This document shows positions 36,872-48,540 of a stretch of DNA of 64,000 bases, piece after piece; position 1 is the stretch's first letter; every line of letters begins with the position of its first letter. Under the pieces are notes generated by a model, which was not told the DNA's origin, ran no database searches, and saw only the letters and a program-made list of their open reading frames with translations. Made by a program: the position numbers and the translations under genes. Source of the stretch: Lama glama (lineage: Eukaryota); NCBI GenBank assembly GCA_028534125.1, contig CM052816.1:56360001-56424000 (forward strand). Direction: 5' to 3'.

Positions 36872-37857
36872 GTAAGAGTTATTTGAAAACAGAAAAGACA
36901 GGGAGGGTGTGGAGGTAATGTCTAAGCCCCAGCGTTTTCTGTCAGCGCCCCTCAGCTCCCTCACACAGAAGCCTCTTCTAGCAGAAGACGGATGCAAACC
37001 CAAAAGAGAACAGGAGAGATGCTCTTTCTCCTTGGGACGGCTGGGTGGCCCGGTGGGACCTGGGGCGTTGTGGGTCTACTTGGGAGATACCTGGCTTCTG
37101 AAGAGCCAGCCCATCTGGCTGGAAGGTTAGGATGAAGGGAGCTCTCGCCCCGAGGGCTGTTGTTCTTAGACCCAGAAGGGGGAGGGAGAGGGTCCTCTGG
37201 TTTCTTTCTAGCTTGTTTGTCTGACTCAGATGGGCCTGATGGGAAAAGGGGCAGGTATGCAGCTCCCGAGTAAAGATGACACACTTGATGAGTCCTTTCC
37301 CCGTGATTCAGAAGTGGAGGTGGGTTTGGGCGATGCAAAACTCTTCCAGGAGCTTTTAAAGTGTAGCTCAGTATTAACAGTAGTGGTAGTAATTTCAGCT
37401 AACAGGCCATCAAAGTGCTTTTTCTGCATTATCTCATTTCAACCCCATGACACACTGCTGATTTTCTTTTTAAACGTGTAGGATGGTACTATTATTACCC
37501 ACAATATAGCCAGTATCTCCATTTTACACATTGAAGCTGAAGTAATTTGCCTAAGGACAGGGTCACTGAGAGGCAAACACTTTATTATATGTCTATTTAT
37601 TGTCTCCTTTCCCTCCTTTTAATGCTGCTGTTTCTTTTATTTTAATAAGAAATAACTTGATCTGCTGTGCATGTCAGGAAAGAAAGTCAAGTCTCGTTTG
37701 AAGACCATCTTCAGGAATCTGCTGCCTGTAGAAGAGAGAGGGATGTTGGCTTCTCTGAGCCAAACTCATGGCCCGCTACAGCACAGTCCTTCCTGCAGTC
37801 TGGGTGTTTTGACGGCCGAAAACAGGCTTGTTTAATTTTACTGGACAATAAGAGAAT

Positions 37858-38036
37858 TTTTTTCGCATTCTTCTTTCTTGAAATATGGTTGGTTTACAAT
37901 GTTGTGTCCATTTCTGGTGTACAGCATGATGTTACAGTCACCCATAGACGTACATATATTCCTTTTCACATTCTTATTATGGGTTACTACAAGATATTGA
38001 ATGTAGTTTCCTGTGCTATACAGCAGAAACTTGTTT
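37858..38036 (-). mobile_element. Lineage-specific L1 3' end fragment
   Basis: ttgaaatatggttggtttacaatgttgtgtccatttctggtgtacagcatg...ttactacaagatattgaatgtagtttcctgtgctatacag. Confidence 0.88.
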
Positions 38037-38209
38037 AATAGAGAAACAATTTTGAGGTGTGGTTTTCTGGAGGTGGCGTGGAGAAGTTGTTTGTTGTTTT
38101 TTAAAAAATGGTGTTGCAGTTTGGGCAATAGAGGTTGAGCAATTTCGAATTCTAAATCAAAGGAGAAGCCATGACAGTGTTAACCAAGGACATGGAGCTC
38201 CCAGTGAGA

Positions 38210-38765
38210 GGGACAGTGGCAGATGGTACACACCAGCTGGGGGGACCCAGCCTACAGTCGGGGTGGGGGGAGCACACCCCAGCTGGAGCACTTCCTGGCT
38301 GTGCTGGTTCTTCTCCGTCGCTTCCCCTCATCCTCTGCTCTGTACCCCAGAGCCGGGCCCTGGAGGACAGTGCCTTCTGGGCTTCCCTGCGCTCTGTCTT
38401 CTGGTTGGGTTTAGCCAATGGGAGGTAGCAGCAAACATGTGGAGGGCGGGCAGGAGGAAAGAGAGGCTGGGCTATTTCTTCTTTCCTCTCTCCCTGTTTG
38501 GGTGCTATGTCCCCAGAAGTTGCTAACCCCTCTTTGGAGACAGCTCTACCGGGCAGGCTCGCCTCGATGGTTCTAGTGCAAAATGGGTTCAAGTGTCACT
38601 CTCTCTCCTTGGTGTCCCCGCGGCCCCAGGGACAGGAAGGGCTGCAGCTGTTGCTAGTCCAGAGGTTCCTCTACACCCCTGTGTGTTCATCTCATTCTGG
38701 GCACACCTTTCTTTTTGTTCTACCCGAGGTTGGTGCCTGTTTCTTGCCAGGACCTTTGACTAATA
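38210..38765 (+). mobile_element. LTR33-like ERVL LTR
   Basis: ctggttgggtttagccaatgggagg; ctgcagctgttgctagtcc; tgcctgtttcttgccaggacctttgactaata end. Confidence 0.6.
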
Positions 38766-38801
38766 TATTGTGCACAGCAGTGCCTCTCAAATGGAATGTT
38801 C

Positions 38802-39301
38802 NNNNNNNNNNNNNNNNNNNNNNNNNNNNNNNNNNNNNNNNNNNNNNNNNNNNNNNNNNNNNNNNNNNNNNNNNNNNNNNNNNNNNNNNNNNNNNNNNNN
38901 NNNNNNNNNNNNNNNNNNNNNNNNNNNNNNNNNNNNNNNNNNNNNNNNNNNNNNNNNNNNNNNNNNNNNNNNNNNNNNNNNNNNNNNNNNNNNNNNNNNN
39001 NNNNNNNNNNNNNNNNNNNNNNNNNNNNNNNNNNNNNNNNNNNNNNNNNNNNNNNNNNNNNNNNNNNNNNNNNNNNNNNNNNNNNNNNNNNNNNNNNNNN
39101 NNNNNNNNNNNNNNNNNNNNNNNNNNNNNNNNNNNNNNNNNNNNNNNNNNNNNNNNNNNNNNNNNNNNNNNNNNNNNNNNNNNNNNNNNNNNNNNNNNNN
39201 NNNNNNNNNNNNNNNNNNNNNNNNNNNNNNNNNNNNNNNNNNNNNNNNNNNNNNNNNNNNNNNNNNNNNNNNNNNNNNNNNNNNNNNNNNNNNNNNNNNN
39301 N
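38802..39301. other. Assembly gap (500 N)
   Basis: Run of N. Confidence 1.
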
Positions 39302-40259
39302 ATCCTGTCCTTATGAAAAGTTGACAGAGATGTTTAACAGAGTAAAACCACTGCCAGCCATTTCTAGGGGGAATTGAGCTACCAGATATTTTCCTCAAAT
39401 TATAGAAAATTGCCACTTGTAGAGTCCACATTATATTTAGCTTCTTAATTTAGGATTAAACATCTGTAACTTATTGTTAGGACATCCGGAGAGTTTGCAA
39501 AACTCCGTCCATAATGTGAATACCGTCTCTCTCTTTAGTCCCCATGGTATCTCTGGAGACAGTTGTCTTGGTCCCATGTGTAGAGATTTGATGATAGCCA
39601 AAAGAACCAGTATGTAATTTCAGACTGAAAAAAAAAAACTGAGGTCTTCTGCAATGCAATGTTGATGTGTTTTCACCCAAATTTGCCACCAGTTGACCAA
39701 GGAGTCAGATGGTGGTTACCCTTCAGGCTGCTTCATATGTCCCAACTGGGATCCCATGGAACCGAGACAAAGAGCAATGTCGTCTCTTATTCCTCGGCTT
39801 TGGCTGAAGACCAAGAGGCTGTAATAACACAAGCCTCGGCAGAATTTAGGAGTGGCCATAATCTTCCCCCTTTAGGTTTCCTCTGTAACAGTGTGACTTA
39901 TCCGTAAAATGTTAAAGAATGGACGAAGTGATCTATGAATGACTGAATACAACCGAGGGGCTGAAAGGTCGAGGGAAATGTGATAGAACTTGAATCTTGT
40001 GTTTTGACTCTTTTCAAGTTACTTTCATTTCTGTTTCTTAAAATAAGGTCAGAGAAGGCTTCCTAACAAAAGCAACATTAAAGCTGAGCCTTGAAGGGTG
40101 GAAGATATGGAATCAAATTCAAGAGAAGGTATTCTGGCGAAGAGAATAGTGTGGATAAAGTAAACAAGTGGGCAACGGCATAGCGTGCTGAATGTAGGTC
40201 AGTGTTCCCCAGTGGCCCTAGAGGTATAGTTGAGTCTTGAAAGTTCTGCAAAATCCTAC

Positions 40260-40530
40260 TCGTCTAAATCATTGGCACTGACGTCACTCCTCCTGGAAAA
40301 CCTTTTCTGACCTCCAACACCAGATCAAGTGCCTTTTCTCTGTGCTTTCAGAACCCTCTGCTCTTGTCTCAGTGTATTTCTTTGCATTTAACCTGTTCTT
40401 ATTTGACTTCCTCTCTGTTTTAAGCTCCTTGCACAGAAGGAGTCTTGTCTTGACCACTTCTGTCTTCTTAATGCCATGGATAGTGCTTGGTAGATATTCA
40501 ATAAATATTTCTTGAACTGAATGAATAAAG
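40260..40530 (+). mobile_element. L2 LINE 3' end
   Basis: gtcactcctcctggaaaaccttttctgacc...taagctccttg...gtgcttggtagatattcaataaatatttcttgaactgaatgaat. Confidence 0.75.
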
Positions 40531-40869
40531 CAAGTTTCCCTTCAATAATACCTTTTCAATGTTTTAACATTTTTCTAAGGCCTTAGACTAGACTGGATAA
40601 TTGTCCTAAAAGCATAAAGTAACATAATAAACGCGGCTATATTTTGTAATTAAACTACTGAAAATAAAGCTCTCTCCAGATCATTGCAGAGAGACCAGAA
40701 CACAATGCCAAATGCATACCGTTTGGATCCACCCAAAGGATTTAATCAAATTGCTAAGAGGTCCCTTTTATAAGAGGGTTTTACTTATAAGATGACTCGC
40801 CAGTGTGAGGAACATTTGAGCAGCTGTTTCAGGGTCAGCAGGCTCTTACAACCTGCAAGGGAAGAGACT

Positions 40870-41090
40870 GTATAGCAGGGAACCCTGGACTTGGAGTCAG
40901 AAAACTTGGGACCCAGCTCTAGAAATTGCTGTGTGAACCCAGGCAAGCCCCTCAGGGTCTCTGATCCTCCATGTCTTATCTGCACACTCGGAACCATGAT
41001 ACCAGTTCTGCTTACTTCAGAGTTGAAAATAAATAAGATAACGTAGAAGTGAGGTAATAAACTACAAAGAATTCTTCTTATCAAAATGGT
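40870..41090 (+). mobile_element. MIR SINE
   Basis: ctggacttggagtcagaaaacttgggacccagctct...gctgtgtgaacccaggcaagcccctc. Confidence 0.7.
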
Positions 41091-43449
41091 GTAAGAAGTA
41101 AGTTGAACTGACCTCCTGAAGCCTCAGATGTCTTTTTGTCCAGCAGCTGAAAAACAGATACCAGACCTTAGGACTTTTGATTTGATGTTCAATCCATTGA
41201 TTGTACTCTGCCGCCTCTTTCTAATCTGACCAGGATAAGAATACAAGTCACTGGGAGAGGAATGCAGGGTTGTAAAAGTCTGTCCTTGGCAGGATATTTT
41301 ATACCCTCTGGCATCTAAACGCCAGAGTCAGATTCCGCCTCCAGGTAGTTTTTGTGTATGGCTTACTGATAGCAGCGTGAAGATACCGAGTGACAGATTC
41401 TGGCCACGGGGACGTGGAGCGCTGGCAGGACAGATGAGCCCTGTTCTCCAGCACATCTCTCCCCGTCTCTGTTCTTTTCCAGGCTGTCAGGGCTTGGCAC
41501 TTGCCAGCATGTTGCAGGGCTTGGCCAGTTTTCCTTCAAGGCTGTTCAATCTCGGTTAGCGGGAGGCTTGGGTGCTTACCAACCCTGGATCTGCACTGCC
41601 CATCCTGACAACATTTAAGCCTGAGAGGGCTCTGTCACTCCCTGGTGGCCCTTTGTCTTGGTTTATGACAGGTTTATTATCTTTTATCTACCAAACCCAG
41701 AGAGTAGAGGATGGGTGTTCGATTTCATATGCCAGGTATCACTGACTTTAATTATCTTCTTGAAATCAGTCCAGCACTCAGGGAGGAGGGACTGAACTCT
41801 CAAATCACCCCATAGTCTCTAAAACCACAGCGTGCATATATAACTTATTCAGTATTTGTCAAGGAAAAAAAGCTGTGTTTTGCTGAGCTGTGACTTTCTG
41901 ATATGCTCCATTTAAAATTAATGCTTTTGTGTGTATGTAGATTTCTCATTCTGACAGGGAAATGGCCATAGCATGTAAAACGTAACCAGCCAGGGCTGGG
42001 CCGCATGCCGCCATTTCTCCATGTGCTCTGCTGCATTTGGGGATGGCGGACCCTCGCTTTTACTTGACGGTAAAGGGATGGGAAGACTGGAAGAATAATG
42101 TTGAGTGTGAGTAGGCACATCACATTTAATAGCCTTGAGGGTTAAAAACATGTCTTTTTCAATTTCAAATATTTCTAAGATTTTGTCTCATTGACTGGCT
42201 CCCATCTAGAGCATCATTCCATTTGCACAGTAGTTCAGTTAGTTGTAGAATTAGAGCTGGACAGAGAAACCGAGCCAGGCCTGCCTGCACCCATCCGGTC
42301 AGCCAGCACTTTATACGAAAGGCACTGTGGGAGGCAGCGGAGAAACCTCCCAGGCTTGATGCGCTTTCAGAGCAGAGTGGCCATCTGTAGCCTCTCTTAC
42401 ACTCCTTTGAGGATCCCATGAAAAGTATGGACCTTCTATCTGAGCAAGAAAATTCAGTCGCAGGGGATTCATCAGTTACCCCTGGACACATGCTTAAGAA
42501 CCATTATTCCCTTGTCAGAGGCACAGACGGGTGAAGGGACAATCACAGCAGAGTCGGACGTTCTCTCTGAGATGCGCCCAGGATGCTGTAGGATTGCGGG
42601 GGGGAGTGCCCTGTTATTCATCCCGGAGGCGGACCCTCGTCCCTCGCCAGCAGTCCAGCGTGTGCTCTGAGCTGTGTTCATCAGTGGGGATCGATTTTCC
42701 CTGTCTTTTTGGGGTTTTTGGGGGTGGGAGAAGGCAACACAATCAATAGGCATCCTGGCAAGAGTCTGGATTTGGGATCAGAAGTTTAGGATTTAGTAGT
42801 TTCCAATTCACCACTTTCTAGCTGGGTTAAATGGACACATGACAGGCTCTCCAAGTTCCATATCTTAATCTGTAAAATTAAAATAGTGATATCTGTCCCA
42901 TCGGCCCTGAGGCAGGAGCAAAAGGAACTTCAAAAAAATATTACATACTTGAAAATCATATTGTCTCCTGTGGGAACAGACACCAAAGCCTCCTTCCTGT
43001 GCACTCCTGCCTGCACGCTCTCTCCGTTCTTTCTTGCCCTCCAGCTCCCTTCCTCCCCTACCTGCCCGCTCACGCTCACGGTGGCTCCACTGCCCACACA
43101 GACGGGTCCCAGTGGATCAATGGTGGCCTGGTAGCCATAGGAACCAGAAAAGAATCAGGCTGCCCCTGCTTTCCACCCCACCTGTTTGTGCTGTGGCCAG
43201 ACTGGTTGATAAAGGACTTCTGTGCAGTTACCACACTGAGGAACAGACAGGGCGGAAACCACCGGCTTTGCTCCAGACCCGGGGCTGTAAAACCATGCCT
43301 AGCAAGAGCCATTATGGACCATTGTAGCTCACTTCTTAGTAAGCAGTTCCTGGAATCCTGCCTCTTACTCCAAGCGGAACACTCCCAGCTCCCAGCCAGG
43401 CCGGATGTGTCAGGTAATCTGGGGAGACTCTGAACTAAGAGCTCTCTTT

Positions 43450-44290
43450 CCTTCAACAATAATCAAACATTTCCTATACACCAGATACTGTGCTAAGTAT
43501 TAGAGGAAGACCCAGATAAATAAGACGTGGTTCCTATTTTTAAGAAGGCAACCGTCTGGTGAGACAAACGTACACAGGTAATTACAACGTGTGCCAAGTT
43601 CTGTTCCAGGGCCAAGCACTATGGGGACCAGAGGAGGAAGTGATGAGTTCGGCTTAGGTTCAGGAAGGCCTAGGTGGGAAGATTTTTGACCTGCGCTGTG
43701 AGAAATGGCTCAGATTCTACCACTCGGAGGAGACGGGAATGGCATTCCAGGCACAGGGATTAGCAAGGAGAAAGGCAGGGAGGCAGGAGGAGGTTCAAGG
43801 CATGATGAGTGTCAAACATGGCTGGGGCGGAGAATTCAGTAGGGGCAGAGGAGGGGAGGTTGGCGTGGGCCACGTTGTAAAGGGGCTTGAGAACAAGGCC
43901 AAGGAGATTGGATCCAAAAGGAGCCAAAGGCAGGAATTAAAAAAAAAATACTATTTTGAAAAACTCTGAACTTGCACGAAGTCCATGGCAGGTGTTCACG
44001 TGGGTGGGCAATACCATTACATTTGTTTGGGTGGGAGCACTGGCGCAGCGTGGAAACGGGCTGGTGGGTGAGGTGGGGGAAGCCGTGGGAGGCAGGGAGG
44101 CCAGGTGCGCAGTGGCACAGCTACAAGCAAGACGTGAAGAGGGTCCCCAAGGGAGTGGGGGCGGGAGGGCGGAAGGGCAGGTTAGTGGGGCATGAGACTC
44201 CGTGGGGCCCCAGGGACTGGCTGGGTAGCTGGGGAGTCAGGGATGATGTAATGGATGGGGTGGGGAGACAGTGATGTGGGAGGCTCAGGA
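43450..44290 (-). mobile_element. L2 LINE fragment
   Basis: ttcaacaataatcaaacatttcctatacaccagatactgtgctaag...aatggcattccaggcacaggg...gaggcagggaggccagg. Confidence 0.7.
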
Positions 44291-46019
44291 GGAAGCTTCC
44301 CCAGGGACAGGAGGGCGTTTGACTCGACTTTCCACTTAGAAGAGCCGTTCTCAGCCAGAATTTTAGTTCAAGTGCTTTGAGTTGGGAGGGGCCCGGGGCT
44401 GAGCTCAGGAGGCCTGTGTCCTGGGACTAAACTTCACGGTATTTGAAAGCAGCTGCGTAGCCCCACCTTAGCCCCAGAATAAAGCCACCGCAACCCCTTT
44501 AAATCTTCTCTCAAGGGCTTTTAAATAGTTCGAGTTGATCTGCACTCTCCCGTTTCCCCACATCCCCATGAAAAGGCAGAGCCCCCAAGCTAAAGACAGC
44601 ACAGGAACCTTCCCCAATTATGCATGTAATCGCACATTTCACGCGTGCCGAGCACACTGCATGGAGCGTCACTGTGATGCCCGCATCTGACATTGTAGTT
44701 ATTAAATACCTACTTTTGCTGAAAAACTATCTTTCTTCTTCTTCTTTTTTAATCTTTCTGCTAAATTTATAATCTTGACTGTGTATTGCCAGCCAGCCCT
44801 GCCCAGTTATTGGTCCCTCTTCAGGAGTTTCTAGAGCAAGACTTCATGACTTTTACAACAAAATTGCTGTTTGGGTTCAATTCCGGAGCCTGATGACCTT
44901 GAAGGAGGGAGATCCCTCTGGAAAAACCTAAAGTGGGGGAACCACTGCATCCTGTCAGGAGCGTATTGGGGGCCTGGCAAGGTCTTCGAGGAGGTCCCAA
45001 GACTGATTTTGCATTTGAAGAAGGGCTGGGCTAGTGTCTTGGAGCTCTTTGTTGAGAGTGGAAAAAATGAAAAAACAGCCTAGGGAAGAGGTTACTTATC
45101 TCAAGACTGCAGTAGGAAGCATTCACTGAACAGTCTCTGGCTTGATCATTTGGCCCCCTCTGAATACCTGGCCTGACGGGGCAATTTTAGGAAGTTCTTG
45201 AATTGTCTTCAAAAGGTACTCGTTCATTGCCCCATAGAATCCTTAAGAACTGGTGCTACAGGTTACAGCTGCAAGGACCCTCCTTCAGCTGGCCTCACTC
45301 CTTCAAGCTCACACTCGCTGCGCTGGAGCCCCCGGGGGCTGGCATCTCTGCGAAGGTGGCTGTGACTTGCCACCCTGCTGCTTCTCCTGGGACCCTACTG
45401 CTCGGCAAAGCCAGGCTCCGTTGCCAGTACCTGGCACTCCGGGGGCTCCCTGGCGCCTTTCCCTCTGCTGTTTCCTCTCCTCCTTCCCTCTGGCCAGCCT
45501 TTGAGTAGAGCTCCTCATCTAAGCTACAGTACTCGGTTTTTACAACTCCCTCCAGGGTGGAGTACCCAGCGTCTCTCCAGATGTAGAGGAGGAAAGTTAC
45601 TGCATTAGATGCAACGGATCCCTTCGGGCATTGGGCTTAATTCTGCCCCAGAACTCTGGTTGAGACAGACTCGTGGGGCTTCATCTTGGGGGTGGAGAAG
45701 CCCTGGGTGCCTCAGTCATCTTCCTATCACTGATGACACTTCTCTCAAATATTCTATGTTGGGACTCCCTTCTGACCTACCAAAAGCTTAGGTTTTTGGA
45801 AAATGTTAGCCAGAAAGATTCTCAGTGAGTTTTTCCACTTGACCTCCTGTCCTGATGCAGGGTGTTTAGGAAAGCATGTTGGGGAATCACATGAATCAGG
45901 AAAAGTCAAAAGGGGGAAGATACTAAGAGAAAAAGAGACTACCATCCTGTCACCTTTAGATGAGAACTAGCCTCAAATATTTCAAGGTCTGGCAAGTGGA
46001 TGAGGAGGTTTGTCTTATG

Positions 46020-46340
46020 CTTCAAAGGATGCACATATTCAAGTAAGAAATGCTAGCTAAGGCCAATGACTAGACAGAATGAAGAATTCGCTCTTTGCCT
46101 ACATCCCAGGCCGTGGGGGTGTGGGTTGTTCAGGGTCCTAGGCCTTGTCCTCCTGTCTCTAAAGGGCTTTCTATTCTGCGGGCAGAAGAGAAGAGAGCAA
46201 GGATCACAGTGGGGAGACTTTTATGGGCCAAGCCTGGAAGAGAGGACAGCCGGTTCACAGCTCCCTGGGCAGAACTCAGTTCTCTGGCCACAGCTACCTG
46301 CAGGGAGGCTGGTAACGTGGCCCAGCTATAAATCGGGGAA
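46020..46340 (-). mobile_element. Degenerate MLT1J/K-like MaLR LTR
   Basis: tatgggccaagcctggaag...gggcagaactcagttctctggccacagctacctgcagggaggctgg. Confidence 0.5.
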
Positions 46341-46706
46341 GAGGAAGAAACCTGCCGTAGGTGGTGACCAAAGTTTGGATGTTTGGCACCACAGATTTTG
46401 GCTTGGAATGAGGTACTGATTACTTGGGGGACGTCAGTGTACCCCATGATGGGCAACCTCATGAAACAGTAAGGTCGTCATCACTAGAGTGTTAGACTGG
46501 AAACCAGACTCCCCCGTTTCTACTTCAGAGTCCTAAGTCAGTTCCCGAAGAGCACAGCAATTCTCCCCCCGCCACCTTCCTTGTGGTGAAAAGCCCCTAG
46601 TTTCCGTTACTAAGAGAGGGTCGCACAGTGCTGCCTCTTCTACACAACGTCTTCATTTTTACTTTTTTTTCTCTACGATAGCAAGCTGGACTATAGATGT
46701 TGAATT

Positions 46707-47209
46707 AGTTACTGAACCAGTTTTGCCTGGAGCACAGCAAAAAAAAGCTGAGAGGCCTAGGTTTGCAGCAAAGAGGGTAAAGAAAGGGTATATTTGCGAG
46801 GAAGCCGAGTGAGAAGACGATAGAGAAAATGTAAAACCCGCCCCGCTGAAAGCAAGGGGCTTAGGGTATTTATGGGATGACCAATAAAACAGCGGGGCGG
46901 TCCCAGGCCTCGGGGGCGTGGGGAGCGTGGGGAAAGGCGATTGGGGAAAGGTGTGCAGGCCTAACTAGGCGGCCGGCTTCTGCGCAGAAGGTCCCGGGGC
47001 AGCCACTCGCGCATGCCCACTTGGAGGGGCAGTGGTCCTAGCCGGTCTTAACTGGCTAAATTGAAGTAGACGCAGCTGACTCTAAGTTCCCAGAAGACAA
47101 CCCCACAAACATCTTACTGTTTAGGCTACATGCTGCTCGGAGAACACTTGAGGCTTAAAACAACTTAGATTAGTGAAGGCAGGTGAGATGGATTTGCCCC
47201 ACGGTTTCA
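46707..47209 (-). mobile_element. ERV1 (MER4/MER41-group-like) solo LTR, about 500 bp
   Basis: Minus strand begins TGAAACC and ends GGTTCAGTAAC; TATA-like CCCATAAATACC; 4-bp flanks AATT/AAGT; CpG-rich. Confidence 0.75.
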
Positions 47210-47783
47210 AAGTGACCCTGGTGGCCAGCAGCCTGGGCGTGAGGACCCCCTATCTGGGGGGTGCTCTGAGTGTGGGAAGGGTGAGCCTGCCATCACTGGA
47301 ACATATGCCTCTGGGGCAAGAAGCTCTCATGAAGTCCCTTTGTACCAACCGAGCAAATGTAAAGATGAGCCGAATTACTCTAAGGGTGACATGCTGGGGT
47401 CCTAGTGCTTTGACACTGGAAGGGATTAGAGCCCATGGAGCCTGACCCCGCTGTGCTGTATGTGGAGAGGGACAGAGGGGTCAAGCCCTTTGTCCTTAGG
47501 GTCGCACAGCCAGTGCTGCAAAGCTCAGTAAGCATCTGGGCTCCTGGCTGCCCCTCCCACCAGCACGATATCAGGATTTCCCTGTCCTGATGATATTATT
47601 CAAGCTGTCTTGTCCACTTCCACTGATGCCAGGACCTCACTGGAACCACGGAGAGAAAAGGAACTCGCATGGGAGGCAGGAGACACGGGGCCCGGTCCAG
47701 CTCTCCTCTCGGCTCTACGTGGCTTTGGGCACGTGCATGAGCCTCAGGTTTCTCAAATATAAACTAAATGATTTGGATCAGAT

Positions 47784-47940
47784 CAGTGGTTTTCAATTCA
47801 CGTTTCATGCAGGGAGGCCCAGAACCTTCTGGAGCTCCCTCAGGAGCCATTTTGGAGCATAGGAATGAAGCTTAGCTATTTTCGTTGTTAGTTTCTTGCT
47901 CACTTTTGTTCTGTGGTTTCAAATAGTTTGAAAACCACTG
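47784..47940. mobile_element. hAT-Charlie MITE inserted in a MIR
   Basis: Perfect 13-bp terminal inverted repeats CAGTGGTTTTCAA (47784) and TTGAAAACCACTG (47928); MIR-like sequence on both sides. Confidence 0.8.
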
Positions 47941-48165
47941 CAGGAGATAGTCCCTGAGATTCTCTCCGTCTTTAAAGTTTTACATCTCTTTCAAGTATAC
48001 TATATGCATTTCATTATTAAGGCACTTTGTTGAGGGGCTGTCTGATGGAATGAGACACAAAACTGAGCAAGTTAAAGAACAAACCAAAATGTGCCTCTGC
48101 TTGTCACAGTTGCAGCCTCAGAAGCCTTGGGGGCTGAGCAGGTGATATAAAAGGAGGAAGGAATA

Positions 48166-48540
48166 CGTTATGGATGATGTCCCATGCCCCGTGCTCCCCC
48201 TCCCCAAATTTATGTAAGTTTATATATACTAAACCCTAGTACTTCCAAATCTGACTGTTTTTGGAAATAGTCTTGAAAGAGGAAGTTGAATTAATTTGAG
48301 GGCAGTAGGGTGGGACCTAATTCAGCAAGAATTATGTCCCTGTAAGAAGAGGGAATGTGGACACAGGCACATCCAGAGGGACGACCATGAGAAGACAGCC
48401 ACCTCTACACCCGAGAAGCCTTGGAATGACCCAACCCCACTGACACTTTGGTCTAGGACCTCTTGCCTCTGGAACCATGAGAAAACAAAAGCCACCCAGT
48501 CTAGGGTACTTGGTTACGGCACCCCCCGCAGACTAATACA
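48166..48540 (+). mobile_element. MLT1A/B-like MaLR LTR
   Basis: ttatgga...ccccaaattt...aaaccctagtacttc...tggaaatag...agggtgggacctaattc...gactaataca end. Confidence 0.8.

Noticed and set aside
37678..37701. Terminal exon ERKSSLV* with a PDZ-binding-like end after exon e
   Set aside because: The acceptor lacks a good pyrimidine tract, so this is likely coincidence
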